The notes under the pieces were generated by a model that worked only from the letters and a program-made list of their open reading frames with translations, was not told where the DNA came from and did no database searches. From a virus (Duplodnaviria > Caudoviricetes), in IMG/VR virus record IMGVR_UViG_3300027612_000008, positions 1 through 48,382 of that record: 48,382 nt of DNA; one strand, given 5' to 3'. The translations under genes and the position numbers were made by a program. The number at the start of each line of letters is the position of its first letter. Within the stretch, counting starts at the first letter, position 1. Of the stretch, positions 1 to 9,024 are shown one piece after another.

Positions 1-157
1 TGCGTTCGGCGATTTGGTCAACGGATAACCAGCACGTCCCGCCATTGTGCGAAAACGCGTGGATGATGCCCCAAATAGCGCGGTGCGGCCAATCAATTTC
101 CCGGATGCGTTGGATTGATTCCGGGATGATGATGAATGTTTTGGTGAAATCATCCAT
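1..157 (-). CDS. Replication initiator protein, 5' part (runs off window)
   Basis: Begins MDDFTKTFIIIPESIQRI like 22820-23557 and 46489-47223. Confidence 0.8.
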   Translation of the reverse strand, partial: MDDFTKTFIIIPESIQRIREIDWPHRAIWGIIHAFSHNGGTCWLSVDQIAER

Positions 158-160
158 GAA

Positions 161-394
161 TCAATTTTGGTTCATGGTTTCAATTTGGTCCATGATTGCC
201 GCCGCCAAATCCGCAATGAATCGTTTGCGTTCCTTATTCGGTTTCCCTTCGGACATCGCGAACGCATGGCGCATCATTTGCGCCGGTTCGCGTTTCATCC
301 ATCGCGAAATTGTGTGTTCGGCAACGCCTAATGATTCGGCCAACGATTTTTGCGAACCATAGTGTTTGACGACAAATTTGTTCAATGGTTTCAT
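161..394 (-). CDS. Cro-like HTH transcriptional regulator
   Basis: YGSQKSLAESLGVAEHTISRW helix-turn-helix pattern; directly upstream of rep; three copies. Confidence 0.75.
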   Translation of the reverse strand: MKPLNKFVVKHYGSQKSLAESLGVAEHTISRWMKREPAQMMRHAFAMSEGKPNKERKRFIADLAAAIMDQIETMNQN

Positions 395-684
395 GACGTT
401 TGAATTTTGAATTCGGTTTTGATGATGCCAATTCGCAACGATGTTTTTCGTTCTTCGATTTGCTGAAATCGGTTCAATTTGGTTCGAAATTCGGCCGTCA
501 ATTTGGCAACCTCATCGGCCGCCAATCCCGAAACGGACGTGTTCAAATCAACGGCGTTTTGTGCATGTCCGGCACGATGCGCCAACGCCATCAATTCCCG
601 TTTCAATCGCATTTGGTCCAAAACCAAATCCGCCAATTCCCGTTTTTTTCGCCGGTTGATTCCGGCCCAATCAATTTCAATCAT
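391..684 (-). CDS. Hypothetical coiled-coil protein (97 aa)
   Basis: ATGA-coupled at both ends; homologs at 23791 and 47457. Confidence 0.75.
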   Translation of the reverse strand: MIEIDWAGINRRKKRELADLVLDQMRLKRELMALAHRAGHAQNAVDLNTSVSGLAADEVAKLTAEFRTKLNRFQQIEERKTSLRIGIIKTEFKIQTS

Positions 685-1148
685 GGCGCAACGATTTCAA
701 CGGATGGCGGAAAACCATTTTCGCCCGATTTGACGGCGTGAAACGTCATGTTGTGTGTGCTGGCATATTTCCACCGCACAACCTCAATCATGCCCCACAA
801 AAAACGCCGTTCAACCATTTCAATTGGAATGCGTTTCGGCAACGCTGGTTTCCCGGTTTTCCGGTTCACATTGTCCGAATCTTTGCGTGGTGGCAAATCG
901 TCCTTTGTTCCTACGGCGACAAATTCACCATTTTCACCCGGCAAAACCGGGCCGGTTTCGCGCGCCAATTCATCGTTGGACATGTCACGCAAATTCAAAC
1001 TTTTGACGCGCCATTGTACCGCCTCACTTGTGCGGCCCAAAAATTCGGCAATGTCATTGTAGGAAACGCCATGCGCCCACATCATCGTCAATTTTGCGTC
1101 ATCGGATGCGGTCCAACGTTTGTTGTGGTTCGGTGGTGTGGTTTTCAT
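681..1148 (-). CDS. Myb/GcrA-like N-terminal HTH protein
   Basis: RWTASDDAKL...SYNDIAEFLGRTSEAVQWR pattern; three copies. Confidence 0.65.
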   Translation of the reverse strand: MKTTPPNHNKRWTASDDAKLTMMWAHGVSYNDIAEFLGRTSEAVQWRVKSLNLRDMSNDELARETGPVLPGENGEFVAVGTKDDLPPRKDSDNVNRKTGKPALPKRIPIEMVERRFLWGMIEVVRWKYASTHNMTFHAVKSGENGFPPSVEIVAP

Positions 1149-1576
1149 TGGAACGTGTTTTTGTGGTGAATGGCTAATTGTTCGGCCATGTCCATGAATT
1201 GTTTGGCGGATTCGCGGATTGCGTCCGGATGGATTTTCCCGGAACCAGCCATGGCGGCATTGGCAATGGCGGCATCAATGGCCCAACGGGCCATCACGGA
1301 TGAATTCGGGCGTTGGTTACTGGTTCCGCCGGCGTTGGGTTTTGGACCTTGCGACCATTCCGGATTTTGAATGCGAACGCCGGGAAAACCATTGCGTTCA
1401 CCATGGATTGAAACGGCAACCTCATCGTTCAATTTGTACCATGGCGATTCCGATTTGGCGTTGGCCATTCCGGTTGTTCCATCGTCAAATTTGAGTTCGA
1501 ACGCATACATGCGGCCCGTTTTGCCGTCCCAATCAAATTGTGGTCGGCGCGTCATTTGAACAATTCGTTTTTTCAT
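1145..1576 (-). CDS. Conserved early protein, possibly OB-fold ssDNA-binding
   Basis: Start reassigned to MKKRIV (ATGA overlap); beta-rich N-domain FELKFDDG...ANAKSESPWY conserved with 24557-25000; function inferred. Confidence 0.55.
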   Translation of the reverse strand: MKKRIVQMTRRPQFDWDGKTGRMYAFELKFDDGTTGMANAKSESPWYKLNDEVAVSIHGERNGFPGVRIQNPEWSQGPKPNAGGTSNQRPNSSVMARWAIDAAIANAAMAGSGKIHPDAIRESAKQFMDMAEQLAIHHKNTFQ

Positions 1577-1800
1577 CGTGGTTGGTTTGATGTCTGATTT
1601 GGTTGCGCCCAAAGTGACGCACGGAAACGGGCCATGACGGCGTTGAAATCGTTTTGACGTGGTTTCGGTTGCCGGCGTTCGCCAAATGGCGTAAATGCGG
1701 CCCGAATCGCCGCCGGGCATGTTCCATGGATGGTTGCATACCATTCATAAAAATCCGCACATGGATTTTCAGGGAATGATGTTGATTTGATGTGTGCCAT
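1573..1800 (-). CDS. Cassette gene Z, hypothetical (75 aa, MAHIKSTSF)
   Basis: Homolog at 25308-25508; follows GC hairpin junction. Confidence 0.7.
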   Translation of the reverse strand: MAHIKSTSFPENPCADFYEWYATIHGTCPAAIRAAFTPFGERRQPKPRQNDFNAVMARFRASLWAQPNQTSNQPR

Positions 1801-1815
1801 GAATGGTGGTGAAAA

Positions 1816-1840
1816 TGCCGCCCGGCGATTCCGGACGGCG
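1816..1840. repeat. Cassette junction hairpin (degenerate copy)
   Basis: TGCCGCCCGG-CGATT-CCGGACGGCG. Confidence 0.7.
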
Positions 1841-1853
1841 GTTTGTGTTTTGG

Positions 1854-2198
1854 TCAATCGGTGGTGACTTGTGCAATTTCGTCGGCGGTCCACCAAAACG
1901 ATTCAATCACATGGAATGAAACGCCATCGGCCGATTCGGAAAATTCAACATTCAATTTGCCGAACATGGCGCGCAACGCGCGCCAAATGATGAGGAATTG
2001 ACCATGCGTCAACGTGTCGCATGTTATTTCGCCGAAATATTCAACATGGTCCGCCATGATTTCGTGATGAACGCCAATCGCAACATTTGGAACTTTGCCG
2101 AAATCACGGACGATTTTGCGCAAATCGTGCGCCATTTTTTTCATGTGTGAACCGCGTTCGGCGTTGGTGATGTGGGAATGTGTCATGGTGTTTGACAT
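1854..2198 (-). CDS. Cassette gene Y, hypothetical (114 aa; only in copy 1)
   Basis: ORF bounded by two junction hairpins, ACACC-ATG start context. Confidence 0.7.
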   Translation of the reverse strand: MSNTMTHSHITNAERGSHMKKMAHDLRKIVRDFGKVPNVAIGVHHEIMADHVEYFGEITCDTLTHGQFLIIWRALRAMFGKLNVEFSESADGVSFHVIESFWWTADEIAQVTTD

Positions 2199-2208
2199 GG
2201 TGTTTGGT

Positions 2209-2255
2209 GATGCCGCCCGGCAAATCCGGGCGGCGTTGGTTACTGGTGTGAATTA
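2209..2255. repeat. Cassette junction repeat with GC hairpin
   Basis: GATGCCGCCCGG-CAAAT-CCGGGCGGCGTT...CTGGTGTGAATTA; similar at 8650, 25664, 32252. Confidence 0.85.
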
Positions 2256-2630
2256 GGCGTTCGCGATTGTTTCGCCGTGGCGATTTTTGCCAATGAGTTT
2301 TTCAACCATTTTGTCAAAGGCAACCGAATTGGCATCCGTGGCCGGCTTGAATTCACCGGTTTTCGATTTGTAGTCGTGCAAACATGTCCATGAACCAATT
2401 TCGTTCACGCCAACGGACAACAACCACGTCCGGCCGTCTTTGTGCGTCAATTTGAACCACATGCCGCCATTGCCGTAAACGTGGCGATTTGTAACAATGG
2501 TGTCCAAAGTGAATTGCGGCAATGATGCCAATGCCAAAACGTTTGAAAATGCGGTTTGCGAATATCCGCATGCCGCTTCAATGGTGAACGTGTAATTCAT
2601 CGCGATGTGGTGTTGTTGTGCGCTGGTCAT
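2253..2630 (-). CDS. Cassette gene X, hypothetical (125 aa, MTSAQ)
   Basis: Near-identical homolog at 31839-32216 in a different slot; start after CA-rich leader. Confidence 0.8.
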   Translation of the reverse strand: MTSAQQHHIAMNYTFTIEAACGYSQTAFSNVLALASLPQFTLDTIVTNRHVYGNGGMWFKLTHKDGRTWLLSVGVNEIGSWTCLHDYKSKTGEFKPATDANSVAFDKMVEKLIGKNRHGETIANA

Positions 2631-2661
2631 GGTGATGTGTGTTGTGTGTGTGTGTTGTTTG

Positions 2662-2722
2662 ATGGCGTAAATGTACACAAAGATTCATTCCGCGCAATAC
2701 TTTCGTGAACTTTTTTTTTCAT
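2662..2722 (-). promoter_or_regulatory. Repeated early-type promoter, copy 1 of 6
   Basis: A-tract, TTG-N19-TACATTTA, resembling Bacteroidota -33 TTG / -7 TAnnTTTG. Confidence 0.75.
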
Positions 2723-2738
2723 TCCACGATTCCGGCCC

Positions 2739-2772
2739 AAAAAAACCGGTGACCACCACGGCCACCGGTTAC
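2739..2772 (-). terminator. Rho-independent terminator after lysis module
   Basis: AACCGGTGGCC-loop-GGTCACCGGTT followed by T-run; conserved at 26054. Confidence 0.8.
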
Positions 2773-2817
2773 CAAACACACAACAACGTGTTCACCAAAA
2801 CACGTCCGCAAATATCG

Positions 2818-3048
2818 TCAATCCCTTTCGAACATGGACAATGAAATTGGAATGATGGCAATGGCACACATCACCACCGCCGGCCACGTCACGCCGTGTT
2901 CAACGATGTCCGCACATGCCGTGGTTGCAATCAATCCACCAATGGTCCGTTTTGCGGACCATCGTTGCAAATCACCCTTTGTTTTGAATGCTTCGGACAC
3001 ATCCAAATTGCCGGCAACCTTCGCAAACCATCCCGGCAACGCCATCAC
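2818..3048 (-). CDS. Small two-TM membrane protein (holin-like)
   Basis: Two hydrophobic segments; in lysis module; conserved at 26132. Confidence 0.6.
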   Translation of the reverse strand: MMALPGWFAKVAGNLDVSEAFKTKGDLQRWSAKRTIGGLIATTACADIVEHGVTWPAVVMCAIAIIPISLSMFERD

Positions 3049-3221
3049 AAATCGTTTGGTGGCGTTTTCCGTTTGTCACCGGTGACGGCCGTAATGATTC
3101 GGTCCAAGTATTCAAAAACGCCGTGTGCCGGTGATTCGGACGGCAACAAATTGACAATGACTTTTGCGAATGTCAATGCGGCCAAAACCAGTTCGGCCCA
3201 ATTTTCGGTGATGAATTCCAT
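3045..3221 (-). CDS. Small membrane protein (holin-like, 58 aa)
   Basis: MEFITENWAELVLAALTFAKVIV; conserved start in copy 2. Confidence 0.6.
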   Translation of the reverse strand: MEFITENWAELVLAALTFAKVIVNLLPSESPAHGVFEYLDRIITAVTGDKRKTPPNDL

Positions 3222-3225
3222 GGCA

Positions 3226-3654
3226 TCAAAGTAACCACGAATATTTTGATTGAACGTCAAACGATGGACATGCCTTCGCGGCAAATTCGTTGTGGCCGTG
3301 CAACCTCATCGGCCCGAAAACCATGCGCAACGATTTCACCAAATGAATCATGGTCATTTCCTGATGTTCGGTCATCGTGTCGAATGGTTCACCATCGCGC
3401 ATGCCGCCAACGTAGCAAATGCCAATTGAATCATGATTGTGGCCGCGAACATGCGCGCCGATTTCATGCACCGGCCGCCCGAATTCCAACGTGCCATCGC
3501 GTTTGATGACGTAATGGTATCCCACATCCCGCCAACCATTGCCGCGCGGTTTTGGGGCCGTGTGCCACAATCGGATTTGTTCAACGCCAATGTCCATGGA
3601 TTCGGGCGTGGCCGAACAATGAATGATGATGCGGTTGATTGCGCGCATGGTCAT
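3226..3654 (-). CDS. Endolysin, N-acetylmuramoyl-L-alanine amidase (T7 lysozyme-like Amidase_2)
   Basis: IIIHCSAT, GYHYVI, GAHV.GHN..SIGICYVGG, GHNEF..KACPSF motifs. Confidence 0.93.
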   Translation of the reverse strand: MTMRAINRIIIHCSATPESMDIGVEQIRLWHTAPKPRGNGWRDVGYHYVIKRDGTLEFGRPVHEIGAHVRGHNHDSIGICYVGGMRDGEPFDTMTEHQEMTMIHLVKSLRMVFGPMRLHGHNEFAAKACPSFDVQSKYSWLL

Positions 3655-3869
3655 CGAATGGAATTGGCCGCCAACAAATTTCGAATTTCGTGGATGCCGT
3701 CCACAACTTCGCGAACCATCAATTTCAAATCGGAATTGTCGGATTCCAAACGTTTGATTCGTTCGTGTTGCCGGGCCAAAATCGTTTGCGTTTTGACATG
3801 CTGGTGAACCAGCGCACCGGCGTTCGCCAATGCCATTGCGACCAATGACCAAATTGTTGGTGAATCCAT
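3651..3869 (-). CDS. Single-TM plus coiled-coil protein (holin/XhlA-like)
   Basis: N-terminal hydrophobic helix then heptads; coupled to the amidase. Confidence 0.6.
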   Translation of the reverse strand: MDSPTIWSLVAMALANAGALVHQHVKTQTILARQHERIKRLESDNSDLKLMVREVVDGIHEIRNLLAANSIR

Positions 3870-3878
3870 GACCGCAAA

Positions 3879-4115
3879 TTACGAATCACCGGCGGCCAAT
3901 GAATCCAACAACGATGTCAATTCGGGCGGCATGGACCATTCCGTTTCGCCGGCTGATTTCAACGCGGCGTGATGGTCACGCACCAATTGAATTCCCGAAA
4001 CCATTTTTTTGAAAAATCCCACGCCGTACCAATCCCACATCATCCCGCAATTGCGTTGTTTGTGAACCGGCCACCGGGAATTGATTTCGTGTGTTGCGCC
4101 ATCGTCAATGTTCAT
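3879..4115 (-). CDS. Hypothetical, possible tail fibre chaperone (78 aa)
   Basis: Starts immediately after the fibre gene stop; conserved at 27179. Confidence 0.6.
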   Translation of the reverse strand: MNIDDGATHEINSRWPVHKQRNCGMMWDWYGVGFFKKMVSGIQLVRDHHAALKSAGETEWSMPPELTSLLDSLAAGDS

Positions 4116-4116
4116 G

Positions 4117-7100
4117 TCAAATGTTGATTGTGATTGTGATTGTATCGTTGGTGCCATCCGGCAAATCAAACTTTCCACATTCGATTTCCTCGCCTGAAAA
4201 ATCGCCCGTATTTGAACCCAAAACCACTAATTCATTGGCATTCGAAAATTGGTCGCGGAATGTCAATTGAACGGATGCAATGGTTATTGCCGTGTCAAAT
4301 TCCAATTGGCCCCAATCGGTGCCGGTTGGGCTGGAAATTGTCCACCAATCGGTGCCGGTTTCATTCGCGTCAAAACATTTCCAAAATTCGCGGCCGGGAT
4401 ATGAATAACCCCACGTCACAACCAAACCGGCCAATGATGTTGCCGATGTGAGTGCGGCGGACGGATGTTTTGTGCCGGTGGCGTTGGAACCTTCAAACAT
4501 GTCAATATTGTATGCCATCACATATCGTGAACCCGGTTCGCCGCCATCGTGTTTGACCTGAAATCGCCAATGCGTAAACGTTCGCGATGGTGTCACGTCA
4601 AATGTTTCGATGGTTTCAAGGGATTGAAATTTACCAGCATCTACGCCAACAATGCGCATTTCGTAATCGGTCGCAATGGATGTTGGAACAACAAATGACA
4701 CGTTGCCCGATGAATCAATTGAAACCGGGTTGGCGGTGATTTCGGTGCCGCTTGAATCGTAAATGGCCCCCACATACGTTCGCCCGTTGACGTGATTTGA
4801 AATCGTCGCCGTGGCGTTTGCGCCTTGCTGATATGAGCCGGACAAACCCGAAACAACCGGCGCGGCCGTGGTCAACAATCCCGATGTGATGCCGGTTTCG
4901 TCAACTTTGAAAATGGTGGTTCCATCGCCGTTTTTGATTTCGAATGATTGCCCGGTTTCGTTGTCGTCGTAATCCAAAACCACCACCACGTTTCCATTGG
5001 ACCGAATTTCAAGGTCCGCCGGTTGATTCGGCAACGAATTATTTGGTCCGATGATGGATGTGCCGCCGCTGGTGAACGTCAATCCACCGGAACCGATGAT
5101 GGCACCATTGGACGTGAACGTTCCACCGCACGTCAAATCGGATGTGAACGTGGCCGAACCTTGCGCGGAAAATGAACCCAACGTTGAAATTGTCCCAATG
5201 GCGGAAATTGCGCCGGTCGATAAAATGGACGCAAACGTTGGCGTGGATGAAACCGCAATGGTCAACGTGTCCGTGGCCGCGTTGGTGGTGACCACGGCGT
5301 TCGTTCCGGCGGCAATGGTCAACGTGTCCGTGGATGAATCCGCCACAATGGATGATTGACCGGACACGGCGATTGTTTCAAATGCGTTGCCGCTGGTGCC
5401 ACCACCACCGCCGGATGATTCGCCGTTGTTTCGCACCGCCATCACGCCGTTTGACGCGGCGTGGATGACAAACGCGGCCGCCAAAACCATTCCGGATGCC
5501 GGTTCGGTTGTGGTCCATGTTCCCGCCGTGGTTTGCGACACAAACAACACGTCACCATCCGTGAATCCGGACAACGAAACGCCGCGAATGGTTCCCCTAT
5601 CGAACACGACACCATCCGCGCCATTGGCAATGGCTTCGGCCGTCACGCCGATGAAATAACGTGCGTCAATTGTGCCGTCCGCAATCATTGGCGCGATGGT
5701 TTTGCGACCGGATGCGCCCAACGTCCCGTTGACGTACACCGGAACGCCGGCGGCGATGCTGGTGCCGGTATTGTTCCGACAAATCCACCAATCATTTTCC
5801 ATGTCCACGGCCGCCGTTCCGATTCCCAAAACGAACGCGGTGCGGTCACTATCAAAAACCATTTCGCCGTTGGCCGGTGTCAATTCCGCATTCGTAGCAA
5901 ATGACAAACGTTCGGCAATGGCAACGTTCAACGCCTCGACCACATCGGCAAACGTGGCCATGCCCGAAACGCCCAACCGGCCCACCACATCCAATTCAAA
6001 TGACGGCGATGAGGTGTTGACACCAACGCGGTTGCCGCGTGAATCGCCGGTGGCAAAAATGGCGGTGGATGAACCGGTGGATTCATCTTGCAAATCCACC
6101 ACAAATTTTCCGGGCGATTGTTCCGAAATCGAAACGGCCGTGTTGCCTGAATTGGATGTGAACGCCGCCGTGGTTTGCGTCAATGACATTTCCAAACCAT
6201 CCGTTTTTCCATCGGCATAAACAACCTTCGTGATGGTGTTGCCGGGGTCATCTTTGGGTTGAAACGTTCCCAGCAAATACGACAATTTGTTGGTCAACGA
6301 AACAACGGATGCCGCATTGGAATTGGTGGTTGATTCCACCGAATCCAAATTGACGGATTGTGTGATGGTGATGAAATCGGTTTTGGTTTGAATGGCCGCC
6401 GTGGTTGATTCCAAATTGGCGATGGCCGTGCCGGCGGTGCCAACGGCGTTTGATAATCCGTTGGAATCGTTGCCCGGATTGAAACCGCCGGGCGTGACCT
6501 CATCGGACACGTTTTTTTTGCCGGTGGTGGCTTCGGTGATGTTGGTGGTGTCACGTTGAATTCGGGCCGCCTCAAAATCCAAAATTCGCGCATTGGTGTT
6601 CATCGTGAATTCCGTGAACAAAAACACGTCCGAATCAATTTCAATCGTGTTCAACATGGTCACCAACGCGCCGATGGTGTTTGGTGCGGCCACATGGATT
6701 TGACCGGCCCAAATCGGAATTGGATTGCGCATGGTGCGCAAAATTTCATTCACGGCCAATCGGTTAATTCCAACGCCCGTCCCGGTGTAATTGGACGAAT
6801 TCCAACCGGCGGCATCCGTCCAATCCGAACCATCCCAAATGGACAAAACGCCGCGTTCGGAATCGCTGATTCGGTCGCCCAACGTCACCACGTCATCAAT
6901 TTTGATTGCGCGGTTCACCTCATCGCCAATTGCCGAAAATGTGATTTCGGAACCGCCGCCGTCCACGTCCGCACGATATGCCCGAACGTTTTGCGCAAAG
7001 TATGCCGGCGCATCCGCCACGTTCAAACCATCGTCAATGGCCACAAACGTTCCGTCATTGGTCACCAAATAAATTGACAACGTGATTTCCAACCCGGATT

Positions 7101-8457
7101 GCGTCGAAGGCAATGCGCCCGTTGTAAACGTCAATCCAATGTTTTGATTTGTGCCGTTGTTGCGGTCGAATGGTTCGGACAAAAACGTTGTGGTTCCGCT
7201 GGTGCCGGACCAGTCCAACGGCCCGTAATTGGCCAAATCATACGTTCCAACCGAACCATCATCAAATCCGAAATTTCCTTGTCCACCAAACGTGATGGCG
7301 GCCGTGGCGTATTGCGAACCGCATTTGAATTGAACGCCAATCCCAATGCGACCAACGCGTTCATCCGCGTCCGAAATTCCAAATGCCGGGTCCACGCCCG
7401 GCAACGTGACGTTCACCACGCCAACAAAATTGATGAGTTGCCCGGCAAAGTAGTCAACGCCAAAATCCGTGATGGCCGTTGTGAACGCGTTTTGGGCTAT
7501 ATACGGCGACCAAACCACCGGCGCATTGCCGTTGTATTCGCGCGTTCGTTTTGCTTCGCTTAATGGCGGCGTAAATCGTTTCTCATTGCCGGCCATTTGG
7601 ACCAAATCGGTTCCCGTGGCCAACAACGTTTCCGTGGCCGTGCTGGTCCCTACAAAATCGCCGTTGATGTCGTAATTATGAAACGCAATCGCCGTGTTGT
7701 TTTGATACGCGCCAATTGGCACAAAGTAGAAAACGCCACCGGCCAAAAACAACCGGGCGTTTTGCGATTTGCACACGTTCCGCACCACGTCAAATGCCGT
7801 CATGAATTCCCGGTTGCCGTCATCGTCGATGGCCCAAAACGATTCATGATGCGTTCGGATGTTTTCCATGAACCGATTTGTCACGGACATGTTCGTTGCC
7901 TTAAAATCGTCGGCCACTCGAACGAAATCGTCATTGGTTTCGAACGGATGCAACGCCCGTGTTTTGGCCAACGCGTTCACCAAATGTTCAATCAACGTGG
8001 CGTGGCCGGTGTACGCCGTGGCCGGGTCCGATTTGTATGCAATCCGTTTCAAATTGCCCAAATCATCGGATGCGGTCAACATGGATGAACGCGGCAATGG
8101 TTCGTTCATCATGGTCCATTGGTCGGATAACAAAACGCCGAACCATTCCAATTGATACGAACCGCCAACCAATTTGTGAATGGTGACCGAAAATCGCGAT
8201 TCGGCGGCCGTGGCCAACGCATTGATGAACGCCGTGTGTGCGGCGGTTTGTTCAATGAATTCGAATTGAACGGACGAACCAATGACCGGTTGAAAAACGT
8301 TTTCCGTGTCGCCTTTGTAAGACAAGGAAAACCCGGATGCGCCCAACGTGAATTCCGTTGGTTCCGTGCCGGCAAATTCGGAATCATGGATGTTGATTCG
8401 CCATTGTTGCCCGAACAAATCCGTGAATTCCGCGAAATATTTTGTTGCGTTTGCCAT
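4117..8457 (-). CDS. Tail tip/fibre (receptor-binding) protein, 1446 aa
   Basis: Downstream of tape measure; G/T/S-rich beta repeats; C-terminal discoidin-like beta domain (inferred). Confidence 0.8.
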   Translation of the reverse strand: MANATKYFAEFTDLFGQQWRINIHDSEFAGTEPTEFTLGASGFSLSYKGDTENVFQPVIGSSVQFEFIEQTAAHTAFINALATAAESRFSVTIHKLVGGSYQLEWFGVLLSDQWTMMNEPLPRSSMLTASDDLGNLKRIAYKSDPATAYTGHATLIEHLVNALAKTRALHPFETNDDFVRVADDFKATNMSVTNRFMENIRTHHESFWAIDDDGNREFMTAFDVVRNVCKSQNARLFLAGGVFYFVPIGAYQNNTAIAFHNYDINGDFVGTSTATETLLATGTDLVQMAGNEKRFTPPLSEAKRTREYNGNAPVVWSPYIAQNAFTTAITDFGVDYFAGQLINFVGVVNVTLPGVDPAFGISDADERVGRIGIGVQFKCGSQYATAAITFGGQGNFGFDDGSVGTYDLANYGPLDWSGTSGTTTFLSEPFDRNNGTNQNIGLTFTTGALPSTQSGLEITLSIYLVTNDGTFVAIDDGLNVADAPAYFAQNVRAYRADVDGGGSEITFSAIGDEVNRAIKIDDVVTLGDRISDSERGVLSIWDGSDWTDAAGWNSSNYTGTGVGINRLAVNEILRTMRNPIPIWAGQIHVAAPNTIGALVTMLNTIEIDSDVFLFTEFTMNTNARILDFEAARIQRDTTNITEATTGKKNVSDEVTPGGFNPGNDSNGLSNAVGTAGTAIANLESTTAAIQTKTDFITITQSVNLDSVESTTNSNAASVVSLTNKLSYLLGTFQPKDDPGNTITKVVYADGKTDGLEMSLTQTTAAFTSNSGNTAVSISEQSPGKFVVDLQDESTGSSTAIFATGDSRGNRVGVNTSSPSFELDVVGRLGVSGMATFADVVEALNVAIAERLSFATNAELTPANGEMVFDSDRTAFVLGIGTAAVDMENDWWICRNNTGTSIAAGVPVYVNGTLGASGRKTIAPMIADGTIDARYFIGVTAEAIANGADGVVFDRGTIRGVSLSGFTDGDVLFVSQTTAGTWTTTEPASGMVLAAAFVIHAASNGVMAVRNNGESSGGGGGTSGNAFETIAVSGQSSIVADSSTDTLTIAAGTNAVVTTNAATDTLTIAVSSTPTFASILSTGAISAIGTISTLGSFSAQGSATFTSDLTCGGTFTSNGAIIGSGGLTFTSGGTSIIGPNNSLPNQPADLEIRSNGNVVVVLDYDDNETGQSFEIKNGDGTTIFKVDETGITSGLLTTAAPVVSGLSGSYQQGANATATISNHVNGRTYVGAIYDSSGTEITANPVSIDSSGNVSFVVPTSIATDYEMRIVGVDAGKFQSLETIETFDVTPSRTFTHWRFQVKHDGGEPGSRYVMAYNIDMFEGSNATGTKHPSAALTSATSLAGLVVTWGYSYPGREFWKCFDANETGTDWWTISSPTGTDWGQLEFDTAITIASVQLTFRDQFSNANELVVLGSNTGDFSGEEIECGKFDLPDGTNDTITITINI

Positions 8458-8480
8458 GCCTGAAATTTCGGGAATTCATC

Positions 8481-8517
8481 GCAAACAAAAACGCCACGCG
8501 AAATCGCATGGCGTTTG
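8481..8517 (-). terminator. Rho-independent terminator closing cassette slot 2
   Basis: AAACGCCATGCGATTTCGCGTGGCGTTTTTGTTT; conserved at 31783. Confidence 0.8.
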
Positions 8518-8536
8518 ATGCTGGTGGTTTCATCTA

Positions 8537-8629
8537 TCAACCGACAATGAAACAAAATGTGCCGTTTGTTATTTCCTGCATTCCGTTTCCAAGATTGTTC
8601 ACGGACCAATTATTGGGATTTGATTTCAT
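8537..8629 (-). CDS. Cassette micro-ORF, 30 aa (MKSNPNNWSVNNLGNGMQEITNGTFCFIVG)
   Basis: Hand-translated; ATG directly follows the standard ACAACACACATCACC leader; below the ORF-track cutoff. Confidence 0.55.
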   Translation of the reverse strand: MKSNPNNWSVNNLGNGMQEITNGTFCFIVG

Positions 8630-8649
8630 GGTGATGTGTGTTGTTTAAT

Positions 8650-8694
8650 GATGCCGCCCGGCGATTCCGGGCGGCGTTGATTGCTGGTGAATTA
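8650..8694. repeat. Cassette junction repeat with GC hairpin
   Basis: GATGCCGCCCGG-CGATT-CCGGGCGGCGTT...CTGGTGAATTA. Confidence 0.85.
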
Positions 8695-8934
8695 GATGGC
8701 AACGAATTTGATTGATTCGATGCGAATGCCTTTGGCGATGGCTTGTGCGCGCCATTGTTTCGCGTAATCTTTCGCACGGCCGCCCGGAAACGCGGTGCGG
8801 CCTTTGTATTCCAAACGGATGTTTTCGGACCGGTGCGTTTCGCCGAAAATGTCGCGTTCGAAGGTCAATTCCACGGCGTAAAATTTGGCGGTCAACGTGG
8901 CGTTGAAATCGGTGGTGGTGGTTGCGGTGTTCAT
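8692..8934 (-). CDS. Cassette gene W, hypothetical (80 aa, MNTATTTTDF), copy 1 of 3
   Basis: Identical protein at 25708 and 32294 with synonymous differences. Confidence 0.8.
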   Translation of the reverse strand: MNTATTTTDFNATLTAKFYAVELTFERDIFGETHRSENIRLEYKGRTAFPGGRAKDYAKQWRAQAIAKGIRIESIKFVAI

Positions 8935-8958
8935 CGTGGTGTTGTGTTGTGCGTTGTT

Positions 8959-9020
8959 CATGGTGTAAATGTACACAAAGATTCATCCCGCGCAATACTT
9001 TCGTGAACTTTTTTTTTCAT
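8959..9020 (-). promoter_or_regulatory. Repeated early-type promoter, copy 2 of 6
   Basis: Same ~60-bp motif as 2662-2722. Confidence 0.75.
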
Positions 9021-9024
9021 TCCG

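Noticed and set aside
2631-2678. Shared N-terminal MYIYT/MYIYA peptide on several cassette ORFs (also 8976, 16146, 25992, 32581, 39742)
   Set aside because: It is the translated -7 promoter box read from a GTG; the likely real starts are the ATGs after the CA-rich leader.
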